Source of the DNA: a virus
Taxonomy: Duplodnaviria > Caudoviricetes
Virus record (IMG/VR): IMGVR_UViG_3300037041_000775
Location: 1 to 58,610 of that record
DNA length: 58,610 nt
Direction: 5' to 3' (one strand)
The position numbers and the translations under genes were made by a program. Under the pieces are notes generated by a model. It was not told the origin of the DNA. It worked only from the letters and a program-made list of their open reading frames with translations, and ran no database searches. Positions 16,147 through 26,010 of the stretch are shown here, in pieces. The number at the start of each line of letters is the position of its first letter. The stretch's first letter is position 1.

Positions 16147-19100
16147 ATGCTCGCTGCCCTTCGTACCGCTGTCGCGTCCGTGTCCTCGGAACTTGCCGAG
16201 AAGAACGCGGTGACGCGCATCCTTGCGGAGCATGGGCACCGCCGCGCGCCGACCGTCGTGCAGCAGCGCGACGGTAGCGGCATCACGCGCGTCTACCTCT
16301 GGACTGACGCGGGCATCGCGCTCGTGACGGGGCCGTCGCTCGAAGGCACGGTCTACGAAGTCCACGCCGTCCCGGCGGACGCCGATCCCACGTCCTTCGA
16401 CCTGTTCATCCCCGGCGAGCGCGGGCGCTCGGCGTTCGCCGCTGGCCGCAAGGCGAAGGCACTGGCGAACCCCGCCCCGTCGCGCACGTCGCTCGCGGCG
16501 ACGCCCCGGCGCATCGCTGCGCGCCCCGTCGCGCCGCCCCCGGCGCGCACCGCCCCGATGCTCCACAACCCGCCGAAGGGTCCGCCCGCGTCGATCCCCG
16601 GTCCCGAAGCCTTCGCGCCCGCCGCTGGCGATGTCTACGGCTCCGCGATGCTGGACAAGATGCTGGCGCTCAACAAGTACGGCACTCAGCCCAGCGTCCC
16701 CACGGCTCTGCTTGCCACTGTGATCCGCCGCATCGTGAAAGACATCGGGCTCGCGGACAAGGTGAGCATCGAGAAGGACACGGGCTCGGTGTGGGACGTG
16801 ACGTTTCACCCGAAGCCTGCGGGTACGATGTTCGAGCCCGACGTTGAGCCGAAGCTGAAGAAGGTGATGACCGTCGGGCTCGGCGGCAACTATGGAGGCA
16901 TCGGCTTCGCAGGCCCGTCGTCCCCCGACCCCTACGCCGACTACGCGGGGCCGACGGCGACCGTTTTCAAGGCTCCCTACGCCAACTACGTCGAAGCCCT
17001 GCTCTACGGCGCGCTCGTCGCCAACGGCATCGCGACGCTCCCCAGCTACGCGCCCCCGACGCCCTCGAAGGCGAAGGCGAGCACGGCCAGCAGCACGGCG
17101 AAGGCTGGCGCGGGCAAGGTCTACATCACGTTCCAGCCGGGGGTCGGCCTCACCGTCTCCGGCGACACCTACGACGTGAAGGACATCATCAAGGCCGAAG
17201 GCTTCTTCTGGACCGGCAAGCCCGACAAGAACGGCCTCGGCAAGTTTGGCTACCCGCCGAGCGTATGGGCGGGGGCGAAGAGCGATTCTGCCACGTCCAC
17301 GTCTTCGCTCGTCGGCTGGGCCGGGAAGCAGCAGACCGTCGCGGACACGGCCGTTGCGCTGTCGCAGGCGTTGACTGCCGCAGGCATGGACGTGCTCGTC
17401 ACCGGCATCATCGGGGCCGGGACGCCCATCGCCGCGCCCGCCGCGCCCGCTGCCCCGAAGAGCGCCGACCCGAACCCCCCGCCGCCGTCGCCCGTCACGT
17501 CGATCTCGGTGCCCTTTGGGGCTCCGCTGGAACCGCTCCAGCCGAACCCCGTGTGGGGCGAAGGCGGCGGCGTGAACGCCATCGCGTCGCGGCTCGTCTA
17601 CCACGCGCCGAAGCCGGGAGGCGGGCTCAGTGGCGAAGTGCTGCGCGACACGCAGACCGGCAAGCTGTTCCTCGCGAAGTACCCGCCCAACAAGGACATG
17701 ATCGCGAGCGAAGTCCTCGCCGCGCACCTCTACCGTGCCTTCGGCGCGCTCGCGCCCGATATGCGCGCCGCCACCGTGAAGGGGAAGGCGGCGATCCTCT
17801 CGCCGTGGATCGACGGGCTGAAGCAGATCGCGTCCAGCGCCTCGGGCTGGAACGCGACGGTGCCCGCGCTGGAGAAGAAGTACCTCGCCGCGACGTTCCC
17901 GCTCGACGTGTGGCTCGCGGACTACGACGTGGTCGGCCTCACCTACGACAACATGCTGTGGGTGCCGCCCGATCCGCACGTCATCCGCGTGGACCCCGGC
18001 GCGTCCCTCATGTTCCGCGCATCGGGCTCGTTGAAGTCGCCGCTTCCGACGACCGACGCCGCGCCCGACCTCGATTCGATGCTCTTCAAGCCGAAGAACG
18101 ACAAAACCCCTGTCGTGTTCGCGGCGGCGAAGGACGACCCCTCGCTCATGCTCCCGGTGGCGAACGCGCTGACGGGCACGCCGATCAAGTTTATCGACGC
18201 GCTCGCCAAGTGGGCGGGCTACGCGATGTCCACGGGCCTCACCTTCCCGACCCTTAGCATCGGTGACTTCCTGTATGACCGCGCGAAGACGCTGCGGGAC
18301 GCCGTCATGGCGAAGGCAGGCGTCTCGGCATCTACCGTGAGCGTCGGCACCCCGGCGGGTGCGACCGTGACGTTCGACCGCGAGAAGCTGGCGAAGGCCG
18401 TCGCAGAACTGATCGGCGGCACCTACGCGCTCGCGGGCGGCGTCCTTCCGACCGTCTACGTCTCGACGGCGGACGGCGCGCAGTGGCACACCGGCTTCTA
18501 CCACGCATCGCAGGGCTTCGCGCAGGCGAAGGTGATGAAGTACGACGGGGTCACGAACGAAGACTTCGGCGTCGTGTCGATAGCGGTTCCGTCACCGTTC
18601 ACGTCGGCGTTCTACTTCAAGGCCGTCCCCTACTTCGCGGACGAGATCAAGAGCATCATCAACGCGAACACCGCGTCTGCGCCCGCGCCGACCCCCGCGA
18701 CGCCCGCTGGGGAGCCCACGACGAAGCAGTTCGCCGGAGTTGCGGGGAACATCGCGAAGCGCGTCGCCGCGCTGCTCCCCGGTCTGGTGACGGTGAAGCC
18801 CCCGGTGGGGCCGTCGGGCGTGTGGGAAGTCAACAGCCTGACCTCCACCGCTACGGGCGTCTCGATCAACGTGCAGGGCGACACGCTCCACGCGACCATC
18901 TTCTCAAACGGTGCCCCGAAGCAGAAGCTGTCCTATGAGGGCGTTTCCGACGCCTCGATCTCGTTCCTCGTGTCGCGCGCCGCCGACATCGCCAACGCCT
19001 TCAAGCCCTACTTGATGAAGGCTCCCGCCCCGGCCGTCGTGCCGACCCTCCCCACGTCGTCTGCGCCGCTCGCGCTGGAGAGCTTGTCGCTCACCGAAGT

Positions 19101-21915
19101 GGACGCGCTGCCGAATGGCTCGGTGGTCGCGAGCGAAGACGGTACGTCGCTCTACATTCGCGATTCTTCGGGCCTCTGGCGCGAGTTGACGCCCGAAGGC
19201 GACTTCACGTCGGGGATCTTCTCCGATGACGTGGTGGACACGCTCGGGACGACGCTGCTGGCTTACGAGGGCGACGGCAAGGGGCCGGAGCCCGACGACG
19301 CCATCATGCTGTCGGCCTACTACTCGACGGCGAAGAAGAAGATCGCTGCCGCACAGGGCATCCCCGCTGCCGCCGCCCCGAAGCCCCCGCGTGCGCCGAA
19401 GCCCGCCGCCCCGGCGAAGTCCGCCGCTGCCATGCTGGACGATGACCCCGAACCGTGGCCGTCGGCCCATTATCAGATCCCCGGCGCGATGCCGAACGAC
19501 AGCGTGTGGTACGCCGTAGGTGGCGCGAAGGCGCTGGCGATGCGGCTGGCGAACGCCGTGAAGGGGAAGCAGTTGGGCAGCTTCCCCGGCGGGAAGATGA
19601 CCGATCCCGCGACGAAGAAGGAGTTCTACGTCAAGTTCTTCAAGAACGTGCAGCACGCGGAAACCGAAGCCCTCGCGTCGCACTTCTACCGCGCGCTCGG
19701 CATCAACGCGCCCGACGCGCGCGTCGTCACGGCGGGCCTGCTCGGCGGGCACGCGAGCGGCTACAACGCCGTGCTGATCACGCCGTGGAAGGACGACTAC
19801 AAGCAGCGCGCGAACGGTGACTTCACGACGGGCGAGAAGGTCGAGTTGGCGAAGCAGTTCCCCGCCGACGTGTGGATGGCAAACTACGACGTGGTCGGGA
19901 AGGGACCGGCCACAAAGTACGACAACCTGCTGGTGAACGCCGCCTACAACGTGGAAGCACCCGCGCACTTCCTGCGCGTCGATCAAGGTGCGGCGCTCGA
20001 CTACCGAAGCACGGGCAGCGTGAAGAAGAGCGCGAGCGATTGGGCTGCGAACGCGGCGAAGACGTGGGGCGACTTCCTCTCGTCGCAGCACCCGACGATC
20101 TTCAAGGTCTTCGGCAACGCGACGCCGACGACGGGCGCGGAGACGATCCAGCGCATCAACCTGCTGACCGATTCGGACTTCTTTGGATACGCGCTCTTCC
20201 GGTCGGGCCGCACCGATCTGACCGACGTGCTGAAGGCACGCGCGGGCTGGCTCTTCCAGATGCTGACGGCCTTCCAGACGCTGACGGGGAAAAAGCCGAA
20301 GGCGGCGGCTCCGGCCCCGGCACCCGCCGCCCCGGCCCCCACCGGAATCCCCAACTACGCCATTTCCGGCACCATCCTCGACGCCGACGAACTGAACGAG
20401 GTGGCCTTCAACCCGCAGCCGCTGCTCGTCGCCAGCACGACGAAGAAGACGGCGCACTTGAAGAAGTCCGGTGGGCTCTGGCTCAACTGGAAGGGCACCG
20501 ACACCAGCTATCCGGCGAAGACGGAGAAGCTGGCTCCCGGCACCTACAAGGTCATTGAGTACGACTACGACCTTGAAGGGAAGTCCTACGCCGAACTCTA
20601 CGCGCTCGCGTTCCCGCAGGAGCCGCCGACGAGCATCCCGCTCACGACGGGACAGACGCTGACCATCACGCTGGGCACGCTGGCAGGCGCAACCACGCTG
20701 AACGCCGCGATCCTCACCTACCCGCTGCTCGTCGCGGACGGCCCGCAAAAGCTGGTCTACATCAAGCACCCGAAGACGGATCACTGGATCGGGTGGGGCA
20801 AGGGCATGGAAACCCCGCTGTTCCCGAAGCAGCTACCGGGGGGCCTCTACACGATGGTGGACTACGGTCCCCATCTGGCGGGGGACAAGTCGTTCGCGGA
20901 CCTCTACGCGCTCGCGTTCCCGCCGTCTGCCGCGCCGACGTTCGTGGAAGGCACCGTCTACACGGCCCTGACGCTGAACGCCAACGTGGCGCACGGGCAG
21001 TGGATCCTTGTTCGCGACACGGCGGATCCGTCGGTCCTCTACACGGGCGGGTTCAAGGACGGGTTCTGCAAGGTCGGACCTACGGGCCTCACGGGCTCGG
21101 CGGGGACGCTCCCCGAAGGCAACTACGAAGTCGTGTCCGCCGACAAGGAAACTGTCGGGGCCACGGCGTCCGACGCGCTGTATGCCCAGTACGCCGTGCT
21201 GAAGGGGCCGAAGACCGTCGAGCAAATCAAGGCGCTGGCGCAGCAGGTGCAGCAGATCGTCGCGGCGAAGGGCTTCGCCACGCAGGGCAGCGTCGGCATG
21301 GGCTTCATCGTGACGCTGTACGAAGGCACGGAGCCCAACGGCTTCGAGGTGCTGTTCATGCGCTCGGGGGCCAGCGGGAAGGTCACGATCAAGTTCCAAG
21401 GCAGCGACCTCGGCCTCTACACGCTCGGCAAGGCAGGCGTCGCGGAGACGGTCGCCAACGCCGTGCTCGGCCAGCTTCGCCTGAAGATCGCGCAGTTCAA
21501 CCTCACGAAGCAGCCAGCGTCCGTGATCGACCTCGGTTTGCCGATGTCCGCCGCAGCAGCGGCGGCTACCGCCATGCCCGCCGTCGGGGCGATCCTCACG
21601 ACGGTCGCTCAGGTCAAGGCGCTCCCGCAGTACAGCGTCATCGCCTACGCGCACGCCGTGAGCGACAGCAAGGCCCACATCATCTTCTACCGTTGTGTCG
21701 CTTCCGACGAGTGGATGACGCTCACCTTCGACAACGAACCGAAGGGCGCACCCCTGCTGACTTCGGAAGTCATTGACGACGGCGACAGCGAGTGGGGCGT
21801 CGTCGTGATCCGTGTCGGCTCGGGCACCGACCTCGATCCGTTCTTCGGGCACTTCATGGACGTGACCGGGAAGTCGGGAAACACCTTCGTCGCCTCTTTC
21901 CCCATCGGAGCCTGA
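16147..21915 (+). CDS. Giant multidomain protein (1922 aa) with two HipA/PI3K-like kinase domains and internal repeats
   Basis: GGGAGG RBS; two copies of K...E-x-LA-x-H-x-YRA-x-G...DVW(L/M)AxYDVVG...DN...RVDxGA; Pro/Ala linkers. Confidence 0.8.
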   Translation: MLAALRTAVASVSSELAEKNAVTRILAEHGHRRAPTVVQQRDGSGITRVYLWTDAGIALVTGPSLEGTVYEVHAVPADADPTSFDLFIPGERGRSAFAAGRKAKALANPAPSRTSLAATPRRIAARPVAPPPARTAPMLHNPPKGPPASIPGPEAFAPAAGDVYGSAMLDKMLALNKYGTQPSVPTALLATVIRRIVKDIGLADKVSIEKDTGSVWDVTFHPKPAGTMFEPDVEPKLKKVMTVGLGGNYGGIGFAGPSSPDPYADYAGPTATVFKAPYANYVEALLYGALVANGIATLPSYAPPTPSKAKASTASSTAKAGAGKVYITFQPGVGLTVSGDTYDVKDIIKAEGFFWTGKPDKNGLGKFGYPPSVWAGAKSDSATSTSSLVGWAGKQQTVADTAVALSQALTAAGMDVLVTGIIGAGTPIAAPAAPAAPKSADPNPPPPSPVTSISVPFGAPLEPLQPNPVWGEGGGVNAIASRLVYHAPKPGGGLSGEVLRDTQTGKLFLAKYPPNKDMIASEVLAAHLYRAFGALAPDMRAATVKGKAAILSPWIDGLKQIASSASGWNATVPALEKKYLAATFPLDVWLADYDVVGLTYDNMLWVPPDPHVIRVDPGASLMFRASGSLKSPLPTTDAAPDLDSMLFKPKNDKTPVVFAAAKDDPSLMLPVANALTGTPIKFIDALAKWAGYAMSTGLTFPTLSIGDFLYDRAKTLRDAVMAKAGVSASTVSVGTPAGATVTFDREKLAKAVAELIGGTYALAGGVLPTVYVSTADGAQWHTGFYHASQGFAQAKVMKYDGVTNEDFGVVSIAVPSPFTSAFYFKAVPYFADEIKSIINANTASAPAPTPATPAGEPTTKQFAGVAGNIAKRVAALLPGLVTVKPPVGPSGVWEVNSLTSTATGVSINVQGDTLHATIFSNGAPKQKLSYEGVSDASISFLVSRAADIANAFKPYLMKAPAPAVVPTLPTSSAPLALESLSLTEVDALPNGSVVASEDGTSLYIRDSSGLWRELTPEGDFTSGIFSDDVVDTLGTTLLAYEGDGKGPEPDDAIMLSAYYSTAKKKIAAAQGIPAAAAPKPPRAPKPAAPAKSAAAMLDDDPEPWPSAHYQIPGAMPNDSVWYAVGGAKALAMRLANAVKGKQLGSFPGGKMTDPATKKEFYVKFFKNVQHAETEALASHFYRALGINAPDARVVTAGLLGGHASGYNAVLITPWKDDYKQRANGDFTTGEKVELAKQFPADVWMANYDVVGKGPATKYDNLLVNAAYNVEAPAHFLRVDQGAALDYRSTGSVKKSASDWAANAAKTWGDFLSSQHPTIFKVFGNATPTTGAETIQRINLLTDSDFFGYALFRSGRTDLTDVLKARAGWLFQMLTAFQTLTGKKPKAAAPAPAPAAPAPTGIPNYAISGTILDADELNEVAFNPQPLLVASTTKKTAHLKKSGGLWLNWKGTDTSYPAKTEKLAPGTYKVIEYDYDLEGKSYAELYALAFPQEPPTSIPLTTGQTLTITLGTLAGATTLNAAILTYPLLVADGPQKLVYIKHPKTDHWIGWGKGMETPLFPKQLPGGLYTMVDYGPHLAGDKSFADLYALAFPPSAAPTFVEGTVYTALTLNANVAHGQWILVRDTADPSVLYTGGFKDGFCKVGPTGLTGSAGTLPEGNYEVVSADKETVGATASDALYAQYAVLKGPKTVEQIKALAQQVQQIVAAKGFATQGSVGMGFIVTLYEGTEPNGFEVLFMRSGASGKVTIKFQGSDLGLYTLGKAGVAETVANAVLGQLRLKIAQFNLTKQPASVIDLGLPMSAAAAAATAMPAVGAILTTVAQVKALPQYSVIAYAHAVSDSKAHIIFYRCVASDEWMTLTFDNEPKGAPLLTSEVIDDGDSEWGVVVIRVGSGTDLDPFFGHFMDVTGKSGNTFVASFPIGA

Positions 21916-21920
21916 GCATC

Positions 21921-24900
21921 ATGCGTCGTTCCATGTTGCACCCCGCTCGCCGCAACCCCTACAACAACAGCGTCGCGCAAGCCCTTCACCAGTGGCTCAC
22001 GTCGAACGGGCTGCTGGCGACCGCCATGAGCGGCGAAGCGCCCGCAGAACCCGTAGTGCTCGCCGCTCCCGTGGCTGCTGCGCCCGCCCCCGTCGTCATG
22101 GCGACCATCGGATCCCCGCCGACGTTCTTCCCGACGGGCATCGCGCCCACACAGTTGGCCGCGTTGCCGACGAAGGGCGTGTCCGGTGGAGGCGCGGTCG
22201 TCGTGCTCTACCCCGGCCCCGACGAAAATCCGACGGCATGGTATCACTATGCCACGGGCGATTGGTCGAAGCTGGTGGGGCCGCAGGGCGATATCCCCGG
22301 CATGTACTTGGATACCTATCTGACGGAGGAAGACTTCGCACACACGGTCGCTTCGTCCAAAGCAGCGTACTACGCCGGAACTGCGGCCTTTGGGGCGACC
22401 TACACTGGACCGCTCATCATGGCGGCTCCGGCGTCGCCCTCAACGAGCGCGAGCGTCGCCGCTGCTCCGGCGGCTGCGGGCGGCATGGATCCCGACGTGT
22501 TCGCCGCCTTGCAGGCGCTCGTCGCCTACATCAAGGACGACGAGACGAAGGTCGAAATGACCGACGGGCTCATGGCCGCGATCAACACGAAGGCGAGCAT
22601 GGGCATGGGCTACTGGCTTTCGTCGGCCACGAGTTCCGCGTTCAACTACAAGGGCACGGTGACGCAGCGCGGAGCCTACCTCTCCAAGCTGGCCGATCTC
22701 GGGCTGATGAAGCACTACGGGCACTCCAGCACCGGGAAGAAGCAGTACGAAGTGGTGAAGCTGGGTCGTGATGTCGCGAAGGAGATCGCGACCGTCGGCT
22801 ACGCCACGCTCGCGTCCGTGATCAAGGCATCCGCCGGGAAGGCTCCGAAGGCGAAGACCCCGAAGGCTCCGCAGGCCGCAGCCGTTGCCGCAGCGGCGGC
22901 GGGCCTCACGGCGGTCACGGCACCGAAGGCGACGGCGAAGTCGCAGAAGATCACGTCCATCGTGGACAGCCTCGGCGTGCTCGGGCCGCTCATTGTGGAA
23001 GCGGCGTCGAAGGTCACGTCCATCGTCGCGGAAGCGGGTGCGGGCGGCATCAGCATGACGATGAAGGCCGACATCGATTCGTCCGTGCGCTTCGACGCTG
23101 CGACGGCGAACACCGTCACGTTCACCTACTTCAAGAACAGCTTCGCCACGTCTGAAAAGACGATCACGGTCGCCGTGCCCGATCAAGCGGGGATCATCGC
23201 CAGCACGCTCGCGCAGGCGATGGTCTACTTTCTGATCTACTCGCACGAGAGTGCGGGGAAGCTGGCCGCGCAGCCGCCGCAGCCGCTGCCCGATGCGCTC
23301 GTTGTGGACGGCGTTCCGCTTGTCGCGGGTGCAGTGCTCACGACGGGCGCGCAGCAGTCGGCACTGCCCCCCGGTTCCGTCGTGGTGAGCGGCGTTGTGC
23401 GGTACTACGCCTACCCCGAGTGGGACACCTACTTCAAGCCCGTCCCGAACCCGCAGGCGGCGGCGCAGCAGGGCATCGTGTTCCCGGCCCCGAAGCAGCC
23501 GGGGTGGCCCGCACCGCAAGTCGCTCCGACGCAGGCCGTCTACGAAGAACTCCCGGTCGGCACGCTGCTCCGCACGGACTTCCAGCCGGGGGGCACTGGC
23601 GTCGGCTCTTCGCTCTTCGCTGTGCGCGTGGACGCCGTCGGCTATCAGAAGATCGACACGTCGGGCGTCGTGAATACGTCGTCCTCGAAGCGCCCGCCGT
23701 CGAAGCTGGTGACGGACGCTGCGACGAACAAGGCAACGCCCTACATCGTCTTCCTCGGAAAAGGCAAGGTCGAGACGCCGACGTTCTACAAGGAGTGGAT
23801 CGAAGGCAAGCGCATTGACAATGCCGACGCAAAGGCGACCGAAGCCGCCGCGCAAGTTGAAGTGCTGGCCGAAGTCCTCGGCATCGATCCGCGCGTCGCG
23901 GCGCTGTTCACGACGAAGGCGCTCCAAGCGATGATCGCGCAGTCGGGCATCCCCTACATGGGGAGCACGTTCTTCCCGCCGACGCCCGTGCCACACGCCT
24001 ACCCGTCGGTCCTGTTGAAGAAGAACCCCGGCCTGCTCGGTGGCTTCCGCTCGAACCCCGAACGCTACCGCGACGTGGTGCGGCAGGTACTGCGGAACCC
24101 GCGCCCGTCGCTCCGCGACTTGCAGGACGCCGAACTGCTGGACGCGGCGGGCCTGCCGCTTCACGACTGCCTGCCGCGCAAGCGCAACCCTGACGGCGGG
24201 CTGGCGGAAGCGACCGACACCGAGACGGGCATCATCAAGGCCGTCGTGGACGCCTTGAAGAAGGCGCTGGGCAGCAGTGAGAAGCCCGACGGATCTACGA
24301 AGATTGCACAGGCCATCGACGGCAAGCTGCAAGGCATGTACGACACGGGCAGCAAGCACGGAGGGGGCGTGCGCCCTGAGACGGGCAGCAACCTCGGTGC
24401 CTACCTTCGCTACCTCGTCGCAGCACGCGCGGCGGGGCTGTGGAAGAACTACATCGACCCCGGCGAGCGCGCCGTGACCCGTGCGCTGGGCTACTCGCCG
24501 CAGCAGGCCGATGATCCGACGCAGTCGATCCGCGTCAACGAAGACGGCCTGTCGCAGATCGAAGCGATGAAGGCGGCGGGGCTCATTAGCGGCCCCGTGA
24601 CCCCGTCGCAGGCGATGAAGACGTGGCTCACGAAGCAGAAGTCGGGCAGCGGGTGGGTACGCGCTGACGTAGGAGAGCCGTGGATCCCGTCCAGCGCCCT
24701 CACGCCGCCGAGCAACTACGCCGGGAAGATGCCGAGCAATAGTCAAGGCACAACGTCAGATTACAGCGACAAGGGCGACAACAGCCAGAAGGGTAGCATC
24801 CAGCACTGGAACACCTACCAGCGCGCGGAGGGCGGCGGAAGCTGGGAAGGCAAGCTGCCCTATCCGTCGTGGGCTGCGGAGCCGTGGGCGAACGTCGAAG

Positions 24901-25547
24901 GGTTCTGTGTGGACTACCACGACGTGACGTGGTTGAAGTACACGGCGGGTGAGTGGGGCGCGTCGCTCTACGGCTACGGCGGCAGCGGTGGCGGCGTGAA
25001 AGCGAACCTCACGAACTTCCTCATGCGCGCGAACACCCGTGACCCGCGCTTCGTCCTGCTGCCGGGGTCGAAGATCAAGAGCGGGCCGATGGCGACGTTC
25101 CAAGAAGAAGCGGCCATTGTCTTCGTGTCGATTGACGAAAAGCCGTTGAAGATCGAGGTCGTCAGCGTCGGGAAGAACATCGCTTCCGGCGCGCACCTCA
25201 CGACGGAGCAGATCACGGCGTGGATCCGCGCGCGGCCCGCCTACCCGACGGGGCCGAAGCCCGTGGGACCGGCGGCGGGCATCGCCATCCACCGCAACCC
25301 CGCTCCGGCGGGCACGCGGCTGAACGTGCGCGAAGTCCACGCGCTACTCTTCGACCGTTCGCAGTGGGGACCGGGGGCCGTGCGGGCGTGGCTCACGCGG
25401 CACGGGATGGACGGGCTCACCGTCTCGGCGGCGGGCGGCAACTGGCGCGTCGCGATCTACGGATCGGATGCGTTCTACCCCAACACGATCCGGTCGCGGA
25501 GCGTCGGCAACGGCATCGCTGCGCTCGTCGGTCGTCCCCTGAAGTGA
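21921..25547 (+). CDS. Giant multidomain protein (about 1208 aa) with six basic-NP motifs
   Basis: Starts MRRSMLHPARRNP; internal KKNP, RSNP, LRNP, KRNP cluster; HRNP before the C-terminal domain. Confidence 0.8.
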   Translation: MRRSMLHPARRNPYNNSVAQALHQWLTSNGLLATAMSGEAPAEPVVLAAPVAAAPAPVVMATIGSPPTFFPTGIAPTQLAALPTKGVSGGGAVVVLYPGPDENPTAWYHYATGDWSKLVGPQGDIPGMYLDTYLTEEDFAHTVASSKAAYYAGTAAFGATYTGPLIMAAPASPSTSASVAAAPAAAGGMDPDVFAALQALVAYIKDDETKVEMTDGLMAAINTKASMGMGYWLSSATSSAFNYKGTVTQRGAYLSKLADLGLMKHYGHSSTGKKQYEVVKLGRDVAKEIATVGYATLASVIKASAGKAPKAKTPKAPQAAAVAAAAAGLTAVTAPKATAKSQKITSIVDSLGVLGPLIVEAASKVTSIVAEAGAGGISMTMKADIDSSVRFDAATANTVTFTYFKNSFATSEKTITVAVPDQAGIIASTLAQAMVYFLIYSHESAGKLAAQPPQPLPDALVVDGVPLVAGAVLTTGAQQSALPPGSVVVSGVVRYYAYPEWDTYFKPVPNPQAAAQQGIVFPAPKQPGWPAPQVAPTQAVYEELPVGTLLRTDFQPGGTGVGSSLFAVRVDAVGYQKIDTSGVVNTSSSKRPPSKLVTDAATNKATPYIVFLGKGKVETPTFYKEWIEGKRIDNADAKATEAAAQVEVLAEVLGIDPRVAALFTTKALQAMIAQSGIPYMGSTFFPPTPVPHAYPSVLLKKNPGLLGGFRSNPERYRDVVRQVLRNPRPSLRDLQDAELLDAAGLPLHDCLPRKRNPDGGLAEATDTETGIIKAVVDALKKALGSSEKPDGSTKIAQAIDGKLQGMYDTGSKHGGGVRPETGSNLGAYLRYLVAARAAGLWKNYIDPGERAVTRALGYSPQQADDPTQSIRVNEDGLSQIEAMKAAGLISGPVTPSQAMKTWLTKQKSGSGWVRADVGEPWIPSSALTPPSNYAGKMPSNSQGTTSDYSDKGDNSQKGSIQHWNTYQRAEGGGSWEGKLPYPSWAAEPWANVEGFCVDYHDVTWLKYTAGEWGASLYGYGGSGGGVKANLTNFLMRANTRDPRFVLLPGSKIKSGPMATFQEEAAIVFVSIDEKPLKIEVVSVGKNIASGAHLTTEQITAWIRARPAYPTGPKPVGPAAGIAIHRNPAPAGTRLNVREVHALLFDRSQWGPGAVRAWLTRHGMDGLTVSAAGGNWRVAIYGSDAFYPNTIRSRSVGNGIAALVGRPLK

Positions 25548-25560
25548 AAGGAACAACGTC

Positions 25561-25995
25561 ATGAAGATGAAGCTTCGTCGGAACAGCGCGATGGTCGCCG
25601 CAACCGTGCTCGTGCAGGAGCGCGAACTACGCGGTGGCGCGACCCGCGCGCAAGTGCTCGTGCTGAAGCGCGGCGTCACCGCGCCGTGGCTCCCGAACTA
25701 CTGGAACCTCCCCGGCGGCAGCGTCGATCCCGGCGAGACGACGATGCAGGCGGCGGCGCGCGAGTGCGAAGAAGAGATCAGCATGGTCCCGAAGGGCCTG
25801 CGCCCGCTGGCAACGTACCATGACCCCGAAGGCTGGACGCTGGAGACGTTCGTGACGGATCGCTGGTCGGGCGAGCCCGTCGTGACGTGGGAAAGCGACG
25901 GCTACGCATGGGTCAGTCTGGACGATCTGCCGCACATGCGCTTCGTCCCCGGCGTTCGCGACGTGCTCGAAGCGGTGCTGCGCGCCGCTCGGTGA
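25561..25995 (+). CDS. Nudix hydrolase
   Basis: Nudix box PGGSVDPGETTMQAAARECEEEIS; basic leader MKMKLRRNS. Confidence 0.9.
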   Translation: MKMKLRRNSAMVAATVLVQERELRGGATRAQVLVLKRGVTAPWLPNYWNLPGGSVDPGETTMQAAARECEEEISMVPKGLRPLATYHDPEGWTLETFVTDRWSGEPVVTWESDGYAWVSLDDLPHMRFVPGVRDVLEAVLRAAR

Positions 25996-26010
25996 CGGTT
26001 AGGGGTGGGC

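Noticed and set aside
16147-21915. Giant protein as a tape measure or tail fibre
   Set aside because: It lacks long helical Ala/Leu repeats and adjacent tail genes, and consists of globular kinase-like domains with Pro/Ala linkers.
16102-24746. Very long - strand ORFs (800, 626 and 768 aa) opposite the giant genes
   Set aside because: They are antisense shadows caused by high GC and codon bias: Arg/Gly/His-rich, with no motifs and no RBS.
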